This document shows, piece by piece, positions 8,624-17,564 of a stretch of 26,921 bases of DNA. Source of the stretch: Tolypothrix carrinoi HA7290-LM1 (GTDB lineage: Bacteria > Cyanobacteriota > Cyanobacteriia > Cyanobacteriales > Nostocaceae); assembly GCA_019358935.1 (NCBI GenBank), contig JAHHIK010000112.1:1-26921 (forward strand), given 5' to 3'. A program made the translations under genes and the position numbers. The stretch's first letter is position 1. Every line of letters begins with the position of its first letter. Under the pieces are notes generated by a model, which worked only from the letters and a program-made list of their open reading frames with translations, had not been told where the DNA came from and ran no database searches.

Positions 8624-9754
8624 CTAAAACTCGCTTGCACTCTGGGCAACCTGCCTCAGTGCAAGAAAAGCCTCTTTTAAAGGTTGGCTGACAGCACTTT
8701 CGGGTTCTGCTAATACTAACTGTTGATACGCTTCTAAAAACTGCAATCGCAAACGGTGAAATAAATGCAAAAAGTGCTGCAAAAAACTTAGGCAATCTAA
8801 TACTACAATCTCAATACCAGTTCGTCCGTAGATACTTTTAGCGTAGTCTCGAACTCGCTCTTCAATCAAATCGGTGGTAATGAAGATATAGTTATCAACT
8901 CGCTTGTTACTGCTGTTGATTTTCTGTAAGGCACGGTCAATATCCTCTAAGGTGACACGTCGCGTTTTCATTTCATAGCTCGTAATTACATTTGTATCAT
9001 CAACCAATGTGATTTCAATATCTCCTAATGCCCCAGTCTGCTGATCCGCTGCGTTGTGAGCTTCAAGCGGTAAAAAACGTTCTCCAATGTACTGTTGGGC
9101 TACTTGGTAGGCAGCAGCAACAATTAATACCGGGAGGCGACTCGATCCTCTACACTCTAAATGCTGATTGATTAACGTGATAATTTCTTCTGCTGATAAA
9201 GGTATCGCACCTTCAAATTTATTCAAATCGGCTAGCAGGGTTGCCATACGCGATCGCTTTTCGTTTCGGGCAATGATGAGACAGCGGATAGTTTCTGTCA
9301 GTAAATCAAGAGCAGTTATTCTGCCTTGATCGACATCATCGAGTAATTGCAAAGCGGCTTCATATAGTTTGGGTGGTCGTCCAACTAAGTTGACTGTCGG
9401 GGTTAAGGTCGTGTTGCGGTTACGAAGGGCAGGTGTCAAAAATGCAGTGGTGGGATTGCAAGGTAGTTCGTGCTTGTTGATAAAGGCAGTTATGAAATTT
9501 TCATCATAATAACGCCCAGAGTAGCTATCCGGAGTATTAATTTCCGTGTAGGGTTTTCGGATATCAATGTCTGAACGGTGGATCGCTGCCAGCGAACAAG
9601 CAAGTAACAAACGAACCACCGCTCGATTGCCCACATACCTAGACACATAGTCAATCTTCTGGGCGATCGCTTGTGAGGAAACAATTGATTGACCAATCGA
9701 TGAAGAGGCTTGTTGAAAGGCTACATCAAGGATAGCTGGCGGTGTTGTGAACAT
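8624..9754 (-). CDS. Putative type II restriction endonuclease (PD-(D/E)xK, SacI-family-like)
   Basis: HNAAD...GDIE...SYEMK catalytic-like motif; overlaps the stop of the MTase gene; ATG 9754 preceded by GAGAG. Confidence 0.72.
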   Translation of the reverse strand: MFTTPPAILDVAFQQASSSIGQSIVSSQAIAQKIDYVSRYVGNRAVVRLLLACSLAAIHRSDIDIRKPYTEINTPDSYSGRYYDENFITAFINKHELPCNPTTAFLTPALRNRNTTLTPTVNLVGRPPKLYEAALQLLDDVDQGRITALDLLTETIRCLIIARNEKRSRMATLLADLNKFEGAIPLSAEEIITLINQHLECRGSSRLPVLIVAAAYQVAQQYIGERFLPLEAHNAADQQTGALGDIEITLVDDTNVITSYEMKTRRVTLEDIDRALQKINSSNKRVDNYIFITTDLIEERVRDYAKSIYGRTGIEIVVLDCLSFLQHFLHLFHRLRLQFLEAYQQLVLAEPESAVSQPLKEAFLALRQVAQSASEF

Positions 9755-10584
9755 TCGCTCTCGTCTAGGTTGTGTGTTGCCCAATCTAAGTCATAATTTA
9801 CCCAAAGTACTTCCTGCCTCAACTCTTTGATGGAGTGGCAATGTTTCAAAGGTGCTTTGATGCATTTCCAATCACCGTACAATTCCTGCATCAGTTGACA
9901 ATCATAACCGGAAAGGGCAACTTTACCTTGAATACTCCGCAGAACATGTGCAAGTTCTCGATGCTCGTTGTCCGTCATCTCGTAAGCGTAAGCTTTACCT
10001 CCACGCGAATCATGGGGGTAAGGAGGGTCACAATAAAATAATGTTTCTTGGCTGTCGTAACGTCTAATAACTTCGGTTGCCGTGTCATTTTCTATTTGAA
10101 CACGCAAAAGCCGCTGTACAATTTCTGACAGACCCTCAACGCTACCCAGCCAGCGGGAAACTGCACCAGCCATGTTAGCACGACTAGTAAGTTTGCAGTG
10201 TGCCCAGCGCCCCTCGCTAGCAGTTTGTGCTAAACCTGTTCTTACTTGTCGTGCGCGAACAAAAAAACGTCGCGATCGCTCCAGATCCGATAAATCTTCC
10301 TCCTTGATCGCAATAGCAGTCCGAAATTCCTCACGAGAAAACGGCGTTAGTCCAATTGCCTCAATCAATGCGTCTTTTTGCTCGCGTAGCACTCGGAAGA
10401 AGTTAACCACCTCACCATCAATATCATTGTAGGTTTCAACAGGCGAAGGTTCCCGGTTCAACAGTACGGCTGCCGATCCTCCAAACGGCTCGCAGTAATG
10501 AGTCGTTGAGGGTAGCAAGGGTAACAGCCAGTCTAAATGACTGTACTTGCCGCCATACCAACCAAATGCGATTTTCTTCGCCAT
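9721..10584 (-). CDS. N6-adenine DNA methyltransferase (Dam/D12 class, alpha type)
   Basis: WYGGK, EPFGGSA (motif I), YNDID and YCDPPY (motif IV); ATG 10584 preceded by GAGG. Confidence 0.92.
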   Translation of the reverse strand: MAKKIAFGWYGGKYSHLDWLLPLLPSTTHYCEPFGGSAAVLLNREPSPVETYNDIDGEVVNFFRVLREQKDALIEAIGLTPFSREEFRTAIAIKEEDLSDLERSRRFFVRARQVRTGLAQTASEGRWAHCKLTSRANMAGAVSRWLGSVEGLSEIVQRLLRVQIENDTATEVIRRYDSQETLFYCDPPYPHDSRGGKAYAYEMTDNEHRELAHVLRSIQGKVALSGYDCQLMQELYGDWKCIKAPLKHCHSIKELRQEVLWVNYDLDWATHNLDESECSQHRQLSLM

Positions 10585-10689
10585 AAACGCCAACCTCAAA
10601 CGAATGAATAAACATAAAAGCCTGCAAAAAAAGAGACAAATAACTATTGACAAATAACTAATTTTTACATTACAGTTTTTGCCAGTTGA

Positions 10690-10760
10690 GCGATCGCTTC
10701 TTCCATATGATTGAGATTTAACAGCGTACCAGTACCAATAATGCATTCTGGTAATTCTAA
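10690..10760 (-). pseudogene. 71-bp internal fragment of eda (copy of 12065-12135)
   Basis: 68/71 identical by manual alignment; one end is the HIP1 site. Confidence 0.9.
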
Positions 10761-11004
10761 ACAAGGAAGTTAAAGATCGGAACCATCCTCAAAAATATTT
10801 CCGCAGTCTGTGGATTACTGTGAGTCAAAGTTAAAATTTAACTTTTTCACGTCCTCGTTCCCCATTGAATTTTGTACCCGATCGGCAGTGGTGGGATATT
10901 ACGAAACGATGTCTCTTGACTCGCGGATGCAGTGTGTACATTGTGGTCAACCTCGCCATTTCATAACTAAAAATTAGGGTTGCTTCGGCGATCGCTATCC
11001 GCCA

Positions 11005-11574
11005 CTATTCAGGAAAAAAGCAACGGATAGAACAACAAAATCCCGGTAAAAGTGGCGAGGTTATTTCATCTGAGCCTAACAAAGTAGCAACTAAAATTAA
11101 TCGCGCTTTTTCTCGTCGATAAACTTCAACTTGTTTAGTTAACCGATCAACAATCCAATACTCCCGCACACCTTGAACTGAATAAAGTTTGAGTTTTGCT
11201 TCTTTATCTCGAAATTCGTTTTGTTTACCAGGAGATAAAACTTCTACAACTAACTCTGGTGCGCTTGTCAAATGTCCCGCTTCATCTTCAATTTGCGCTA
11301 GTCGTTCTCGACTTACCCAAACTACATCCGGTATGACGCTATCTGCTTCTGAAAAAATTACACCGGGAGTAATAATTGTTTCCCCTAAACCACTCGACTC
11401 TGACCAAGCATCGAGTTGTGCGAATATTTTACCACAAACCTGTTGATGGCGGCGATGAGGTGAGCGAGTCATGAAAAGTTCTCCATCAATAATTTCATAG
11501 CGCGTCCATTCATTCTGCGGTAGACCCTCTAAATCGTAAATTGTCCAGCGTACTCCCTCAATAGTTTGGCTCAT
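11005..11574 (-). CDS. Uma2/DUF820 family endonuclease
   Basis: RYEIIDGEL, PDVVWV, APELVVEVLSP, K..LY...GVREYWIVD and SPLLPGF motifs. Confidence 0.93.
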   Translation of the reverse strand: MSQTIEGVRWTIYDLEGLPQNEWTRYEIIDGELFMTRSPHRRHQQVCGKIFAQLDAWSESSGLGETIITPGVIFSEADSVIPDVVWVSRERLAQIEDEAGHLTSAPELVVEVLSPGKQNEFRDKEAKLKLYSVQGVREYWIVDRLTKQVEVYRREKARLILVATLLGSDEITSPLLPGFCCSIRCFFPE

Positions 11575-11676
11575 AATGGTTATCGTCTGGCTTATTGTCT
11601 TTGTTTGATTTTATCTAATTGAAAAGTCTTTCAATTAAGCGATCGCCTACCGTTTAATCCCCTTAAACCGCTCTGT

Positions 11677-12312
11677 TTATGAAGCAAATTTTTGCATTAA
11701 AGTTTTTGAAAAGAGAGCGATCGCTTCCCAATCTCCACTATTTACCAGCTTTTTCGGGAATAATTCACTACTCAAACCAACTGCGACAGCACCAGCAGCT
11801 ATAAATTCTTCAGCATTATCTAACGTAACCCCACCTGTAGGAATCAAGGGAATTTGTCCTAATGGTCCTTGTAGACTTTTAATATAATTAGCTCCTCCCA
11901 CCGCTTGCACGGGAAACACTTTGACACAGCTTGCACCTTGATTGTAGGCGCTAACGATTTCTGTGGGAGTCAGCGCCCCTGGTATAATCGGTACATGTTT
12001 CGCAATTGCAGTTTGAATCATAGTTGAGTCAACGTGGGGTGTGAAGAGAAATTGCGCTCCAGATGCGATCGCCTCTTCCATATGATTAAGATTTAACAGC
12101 GTACCAGTACCAATGATGCATTCTGGTAATTCTAAGCGCAGTTGGGCGATTAATTCCGCAGCGCGATCGCTATTCCAGGTAATTTCGATTAACCGCATTC
12201 CTCCTGAAGCGATCGCCATTGCCATTTTACGTCCCAATTCAAATTCAAGAGCGCGAATCACGGCGATCGCTCGATGTTTTTGCAGTTGTGATAACCAAAT
12301 TTGATTAAACAT
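11677..12312 (-). CDS. eda: KDPG/KHG aldolase
   Basis: IAVIRA, IEIT, IGTGT, PGALTPTE, VKVFP and PTGGV motifs. Confidence 0.92.
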   Translation of the reverse strand: MFNQIWLSQLQKHRAIAVIRALEFELGRKMAMAIASGGMRLIEITWNSDRAAELIAQLRLELPECIIGTGTLLNLNHMEEAIASGAQFLFTPHVDSTMIQTAIAKHVPIIPGALTPTEIVSAYNQGASCVKVFPVQAVGGANYIKSLQGPLGQIPLIPTGGVTLDNAEEFIAAGAVAVGLSSELFPKKLVNSGDWEAIALFSKTLMQKFAS

Positions 12313-12380
12313 CTAAAATTTAACAGCGCTAACAGTTGTTTTCGCAAACGTTACAGGCTATCATATTTTTCTTTGCTTGC

Positions 12381-12488
12381 ATATAGTAATCCGCGCATAA
12401 GAGCGTGAAAAGTTAGATCCCCGACTTCTTTAAAAAGTCGGGGATCTGGACACCGGGAATTTTCACAACTCAAATAAGATTGCTATAT
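12381..12488. mobile_element. About 108-bp MITE-like palindromic repeat
   Basis: Imperfect terminal IRs ATATAGTAATC/GATTGCTATAT, GTGAAAA/TTTTCAC, and a central 13-bp stem at 12415-12447. Confidence 0.7.
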
Positions 12489-12528
12489 ATAATTTACAAT
12501 TTCACAAACACATTAATTCTCCACGTAA

Positions 12529-13620
12529 ATGAACCTTCATCAATTATCATCTTCATCAGTTATAACCTTGCTAATCGCAGCAACCCTTGCTAGTGGTGCA
12601 AACTTATTTCCATCCTTGGCACAATCGCAACTAACACCAGCGGAGAAATCTAGGCAAAGCTTTCAACCAGTTTACCAATTGCGCGGACATATATGGGATG
12701 TTGCCTCTCTTGCTTTATCGCAAGATGGGCAAATCCTTGTTAGTGGTAGTTTTGACCAAACAATTAAGGTGTGGAACCTGAATACAAAAAAACAGCTGGC
12801 TACCTTAGATGGACATACTGATGGAGTTAACGCGGTTGCGATTAGTCCGGATGGGCAAATTCTAGTTACTGCTGGGGGAACAGCGCAAGCTAATACTGAT
12901 AAGAATATCAAATTATGGAACTTAAAGACAAGAAAATTGGTTGGCACTCTACAGGGACACTCACAAGGCATTACTTTTCTTGCGATCGCACAAGACGGGC
13001 AAACTCTCATAAGTGCTAGTTACGACAAGACTATCAAATTATGGAACCTGAATACAAAAAAATTGCTTGCCACTCTACAGGGACATTCTAGCCGAGTTAG
13101 TTCTATTGCCATCAGTCCGGATGGGCAAACTCTAGCTAGCGGTAGTGGTGCGGTGGATACTACAAATAATATCATCAACTTATGGAACCTGAAAACAGGT
13201 AAATTACTGCGTACCCTGACTGCACATTCTGGGGCAATTAGTTTTCTTGCTTTTAGTCCGGATGGGGAAACGCTTGTCAGCGGTGCAGATCCTTCTGTGA
13301 AGATATGGAACGCAAACACCGGAGAATTGCAGCGTACTTTAAATTTATCTTCAATTGGGGGCATAACTGCGATCGCCATCAGTCCGGATGGACAGACGCT
13401 GGTTAGTGGTGCTTTAGATACTTCGGTTAAGTTGTGGAATTTGTCTACCGGAACGCTATTAAAAACGCTGGTGCAACCTCCCAGCAACAATCAAAATTTT
13501 GATCGTCTTACCCCTAGTAGTATCGCTTTTAGTCCGGATGGCAAAATTCTTATTATTGGTCATGGTGGTGAAGCTGCTTTGTCTAATTTCCCGATTGACA
13601 TTTGGCGGATATCTTTCTAA
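12529..13620 (+). CDS. WD40-repeat protein with probable signal peptide
   Basis: About seven GH...SPDGQ.L.S...D..IKLWN repeats; hydrophobic N-terminus ending SLA-Q. Confidence 0.92.
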   Translation: MNLHQLSSSSVITLLIAATLASGANLFPSLAQSQLTPAEKSRQSFQPVYQLRGHIWDVASLALSQDGQILVSGSFDQTIKVWNLNTKKQLATLDGHTDGVNAVAISPDGQILVTAGGTAQANTDKNIKLWNLKTRKLVGTLQGHSQGITFLAIAQDGQTLISASYDKTIKLWNLNTKKLLATLQGHSSRVSSIAISPDGQTLASGSGAVDTTNNIINLWNLKTGKLLRTLTAHSGAISFLAFSPDGETLVSGADPSVKIWNANTGELQRTLNLSSIGGITAIAISPDGQTLVSGALDTSVKLWNLSTGTLLKTLVQPPSNNQNFDRLTPSSIAFSPDGKILIIGHGGEAALSNFPIDIWRISF

Positions 13621-13895
13621 GAAAGAGATATACATCTATAGTGCGATAAAATAACAAGCGATCGCCTAACTTAAGTAATATTTTTTTTCCATTCATAAGT
13701 ATTTTTTTTCTACCTGAAGTCGTATTTAAATCTTTAATTCCGCGTGAATCATAGCTTTTGGGGTTTAAGAGAAAATCATGAGACATTAATCTTCATCAAC
13801 ATCAATTAAATTCTGTCGCCAGCAGGAGGTAAACAAACAAAGTAATGTTTACGCTATTCCTAGATAGATATTTTAAACATCTTAGGAACAGCAGT

Positions 13896-14738
13896 ATGCC
13901 TCTTTACAAACTCGAAGACTTTGACCCCAACTATAGAGATACCTTTGCTGGTGATGACATTAAAGCTTTGGATCTGTATACCGAAGGTGGAGAAAAAATT
14001 GGCTCAGTAGCTGATGCATTAGTCGATCCAGAAGGTCGTTTTCGTTATTTAGTCATTAATACAGGTATTGCATCTTTAGGTAAACAAATATTGCTTCCGA
14101 TTGGTCTATCCCACATTGACTATAATGAAAAGCGCGTCTACGTTGATGGACTCAGCAAATCACAAGTAGAACGTTTACCAGAATACAAAGACAGCATAAC
14201 CGTTGATTACGACTACGAAGAACAGGTACGCAACGTTTATCGTCCAGAAGGCAGAGACGTTAATTACAATCGCGACACCTACAATTATGAGCATGAACCT
14301 TCTTTCTATAATTTGAACGAGCAATCTAATCAAACTTTGAAACTCTATGAAGAACGATTAGTTGCTAATAAAACTCGTGTCAAAACTGGAGAAGTCGCAG
14401 TCGGCAAGCATATTGAAACTGAAACTGCACGAGTTTCAGTACCAATTGAAAAAGAGCGAGTTGTGATTGAGCGAGTTACTCCCACAACAAGCGAAGCTGT
14501 AGTAGATTCTCGTGAAGTTAAGTTCCAAGAAGGTGAAGTTGCACGCATAGAACTGTACGAAGAAACCCCGGATATCCGTAAAGAAGCGTTTGTCCGTGAA
14601 GAAGTTAGAGTCACCAAGGTTGTAGATCAAGAAACGGTTGAAGCACAAGAAACAATTCGTCGCGAAGAGTTAGATATTAACACTCAAGGTGATTTGCGTG
14701 TGAATGAAAGCGGTTCTAATGTTAACAAAAGTATTTAA
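13896..14738 (+). CDS. PRC-barrel plus DUF2382 (YsnF/AvaK-like) protein
   Basis: EKIGSV.D.LVD..GRFRYLV, LYEERLVANK and ETIRREEL motifs; ATG 13896 preceded by AGGA. Confidence 0.9.
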   Translation: MPLYKLEDFDPNYRDTFAGDDIKALDLYTEGGEKIGSVADALVDPEGRFRYLVINTGIASLGKQILLPIGLSHIDYNEKRVYVDGLSKSQVERLPEYKDSITVDYDYEEQVRNVYRPEGRDVNYNRDTYNYEHEPSFYNLNEQSNQTLKLYEERLVANKTRVKTGEVAVGKHIETETARVSVPIEKERVVIERVTPTTSEAVVDSREVKFQEGEVARIELYEETPDIRKEAFVREEVRVTKVVDQETVEAQETIRREELDINTQGDLRVNESGSNVNKSI

Positions 14739-14778
14739 GAGCTGATTAACAAACTTGTTGAGTGCATTTAATGATGCA

Positions 14779-14817
14779 AACAGGTAGAAAATTTAGATTT
14801 CTGCCTGTTATTTTTTT
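14779..14817 (+). terminator. Intrinsic terminator
   Basis: AACAGGTAGAAA/TTTCTGCCTGTT stem followed by a T-run. Confidence 0.7.
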
Positions 14818-14989
14818 GATAAAAATATAAATAAGTTTTGTAAATAAAGCAAAGAGGTTAGATAGATTTAAATATCTACCAATTGAATGCAGAGATAAGT
14901 AATTGAAGTCAGTCGTTAGAAAGAGGAAAATAAACGAATAAAAAATTACCATATTAATGTAGGATAAATAAAGTTGGAGTAAAAATAAT

Positions 14990-15946
14990 ATGCCTCTTCA
15001 CAAGCTAGAAGATTTTGACTCAGACTATCGCAACAGTTTTGACGGTGATGACATCAAAGGTAAGAGTGTATATACCGAAGGAAGTGACGAAAAAATAGGT
15101 ACTGTCAGCGACGTTTTAGTGGATGAAGATGGACATTTCCGCTATTTTGTTGTTGACTTAGGCTTTTGGATTTTTGGTAAGAAAGTATTGTTACCAGTTG
15201 GTCGTTCTCGCGTCGATCATGGTGCCGATCGCGTATATGCTTTAGGTATGACCAGACAGCAAGCAGAAGATTTACCAGAGTTTAGCGATCGCCTTGCAGT
15301 TGATTACGACTACGAAGAAAAAGTACGCGGTGTATATCGTCCCACTACTGGAATTACAGCTGAACGATCCTTAGATACACCTACACCATTAGATGCAACA
15401 ACTGGTTTGGGTGCAACCAGTTTGGGTGCAGCAACTGGTTTGGGTGCAGCAGCGTATCAGCCAACACCAGGGGCAGATGCAATTGTAGATCGTCCTACTT
15501 ACAACCGCGACACCTACAATTACCAGCTAGATTCTTCTTTGTACGACATGAACGAGCAGGATCATCAAACCCTGCGATTGTACGAAGAACGCTTAGTAGC
15601 TAACAAACAACGTCGTAAAACCGGCGAAGTAGCGATCAGTAAGCACGTTGAAACTGAAACAGCACGAGTTTCGGTTCCAGTAGATAAAGAGCGCGTAATA
15701 GTCGAGCGAGTAACACCCGCTGATGCTGGTAGAACCGTTTCTCCTGATGCAACTGCTTTCAAGGAAGGTGAAGTAGCACGCATGGAAATCTACGAAGAAA
15801 CTGCTGACATTAAGAAAGAAGCATTTGTCCGCGAAGAAGTCAATATCAAAAAAGTTGTTGACCACGACACAGTAGAAGCGAAAGAAACTATCCGTCGTGA
15901 AGAATTGGATGTAAACGCTCCTGATCTTCCCATCGAAGAACGCTAA
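14990..15946 (+). CDS. PRC-barrel plus DUF2382 (YsnF/AvaK-like) protein
   Basis: Paralog of the previous gene: DLGFWIFGKKVLLPVG, LYEERLVANK; GGAG RBS. Confidence 0.92.
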   Translation: MPLHKLEDFDSDYRNSFDGDDIKGKSVYTEGSDEKIGTVSDVLVDEDGHFRYFVVDLGFWIFGKKVLLPVGRSRVDHGADRVYALGMTRQQAEDLPEFSDRLAVDYDYEEKVRGVYRPTTGITAERSLDTPTPLDATTGLGATSLGAATGLGAAAYQPTPGADAIVDRPTYNRDTYNYQLDSSLYDMNEQDHQTLRLYEERLVANKQRRKTGEVAISKHVETETARVSVPVDKERVIVERVTPADAGRTVSPDATAFKEGEVARMEIYEETADIKKEAFVREEVNIKKVVDHDTVEAKETIRREELDVNAPDLPIEER

Positions 15947-16008
15947 TATCACACAATGCAGACTTCAGACATCATATAGTCTGTTCTGCGGTCTAACTAA
16001 TTAAATAC

Positions 16009-16046
16009 AGTACAGGTGAAGCTTTTTAATTAGCTTTGCCTGTACT
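16009..16046 (+). terminator. Stem-loop after the second DUF2382 gene (terminator or stability element)
   Basis: AGTACAGGTGAAGCT...AGCTTTGCCTGTACT. Confidence 0.55.
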
Positions 16047-16110
16047 TGTAATCAATTTGATAAAAAATTTCATTTAGATTTTACAAAAAATAATTAACAA
16101 ATTTTTGCAT

Positions 16111-16989
16111 ATGAATAGTCAAACTGTGGTACAAAACGCAGAAAATACTGACAACGCAACTCGTATTATGTCCTTGTTAGAAACCTTACGGCAAAAAGTA
16201 CAAAACTTCGCTGTCCTAGATATGCAAGGTCAGCGAGTAGGTGAGGTCAATAATTTAGTATTAGATGCCAATCGTCAGCTAAACTTAGTTGTATCGGAAG
16301 ATCCTAATCCGCTTAACAATAATCGCTTTTTCTTACTACCAAGTAAGCTGATCAAAAAAATTGACACCTCAACAAGGTCTGTATATATGGAAATAGATAA
16401 ATTAGCAATATCTAATCAGGAATATTTAGGACAAGAAATACCATCAAACGAAAAAATATTAGATAATTCCAATATTACACAAGTCAATAACTCAACTGTA
16501 AATAGTACAGTAGAGCCGAAACATAATTTAGAAAAGGTGGTAGAAGAAGATATTATTCGTTTGCTAGGTGAAAGATTAATTGTTGACAGCACCAAGCGAA
16601 AAATTGGTGAAGTAATTGTTCGCAAAGAAATTGAAACCAGGATGGTACAAGTACCAGTCCGCAGAGAGAAACTTATTGTTGAACAAATCAACCCAGAACG
16701 CAAACAACTTGCAGAAATTGATTTAGGGTTGACAGAAATCTCTGGTATTGATTTGGCTGAAAGCCAAAAACCTGAATTTGCAAGTCTTGATGGTAGTTTA
16801 ACGGTGAGTGGTGATTTTAGTTCGCCGAAAATAGCTAGTTTACTTTTAAATGCGATCGCTCTTGAGCGCAATCATAAATGCAAGCAGGTGCGAGTCACAA
16901 TCGTTGTTGAAGATGAGTCAACTCAAAATAAATATCAAGAATGGTTCGATCGCTGTTCCCAAGGTCAAGAACCAAACGCAGAAAAATAG
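16111..16989 (+). CDS. Divergent PRC-barrel plus DUF2382-like protein
   Basis: GQRVGEV..LVLD and IRLLGERLIVD..KRKIGEVIVRKEIET..VQVPVRREKL motifs. Confidence 0.8.
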   Translation: MNSQTVVQNAENTDNATRIMSLLETLRQKVQNFAVLDMQGQRVGEVNNLVLDANRQLNLVVSEDPNPLNNNRFFLLPSKLIKKIDTSTRSVYMEIDKLAISNQEYLGQEIPSNEKILDNSNITQVNNSTVNSTVEPKHNLEKVVEEDIIRLLGERLIVDSTKRKIGEVIVRKEIETRMVQVPVRREKLIVEQINPERKQLAEIDLGLTEISGIDLAESQKPEFASLDGSLTVSGDFSSPKIASLLLNAIALERNHKCKQVRVTIVVEDESTQNKYQEWFDRCSQGQEPNAEK

Positions 16990-16997
16990 TATACATC

Positions 16998-17078
16998 GTA
17001 GAGACGTTCCAGCGGAACGTCTTTACAATATGTGCGGAACGTCTTTACAATATGTGCGAAACGTCTTTACAATATGTG
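16998..17078. repeat. GTAG-REP hairpin plus three 22-bp tandem repeats
   Basis: GTAGAGACGTTCC-agc-GGAACGTCTTTAC; unit GCGGAACGTCTTTACAATATGT at 17012, 17034 and 17056 (one mismatch). Confidence 0.85.
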
Positions 17079-17085
17079 TCATTAA

Positions 17086-17331
17086 TTAAAACTCACAAAC
17101 CGAGTCTCGCTCGATAGAACAGGTATTTTTAGCAAAATCGTTTCTTTCAACTTTGAATATCTGCATTTTCTTCAGAGGTGCTAGAGATTTAAGGTTATTT
17201 GGGAGAATCAACGGTTTTTGATTCGGTTGAAGCATGTCTGCGAGCGCAATTGCCGAACAAGTCATATTCGCAAAGCTTGCTACACCCATCGCTTTAAACC
17301 AGAACTCAGATTTTTTTAAACTTGATTGCAT
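17086..17331 (-). CDS. Possible hypothetical protein (81 aa)
   Basis: ATG-initiated ORF filling an intergenic gap; no recognisable domain. Confidence 0.3.
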   Translation of the reverse strand: MQSSLKKSEFWFKAMGVASFANMTCSAIALADMLQPNQKPLILPNNLKSLAPLKKMQIFKVERNDFAKNTCSIERDSVCEF

Positions 17332-17564
17332 AAATCGTCTATAATCTTGAAAAGATATAGACGATTTTATGCTTTAAATATCAAAAATATATTGGTAAAA
17401 ATACGTATATTAAAATCTAGATGTTTCCGTCACGGCGAATAATATAAAGTCTAAAAAAAATGCAGTTGTAGCGGTTCTTCTGATAAAATTAGCACTCTCC
17501 TGTTCCGATTAAAGTAATAATCAGTAAAGACTTGCGTCCAAACAGTTTTTCTGGCTACAAGAAA

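Noticed and set aside
10585..10764. 60-aa N-terminal extension of the MTase
   Set aside because: It runs through the eda relic; MAKK at 10584 has an RBS and begins at the conserved motif.
10774..10977. + strand small ORF ending CVHCGQPR (zinc-ribbon-like)
   Set aside because: No good start, and the synonymous pattern versus the 7077 relic favours a different frame.
12672..13490. Antisense ORFs within WD40, and similar ones in the DHOR-like, DUF2382 and Uma2 genes
   Set aside because: Shadow ORFs opposite well-supported genes.
17012..17078. Mini-CRISPR
   Set aside because: Contiguous 22-bp units derived from a REP arm; no spacers.
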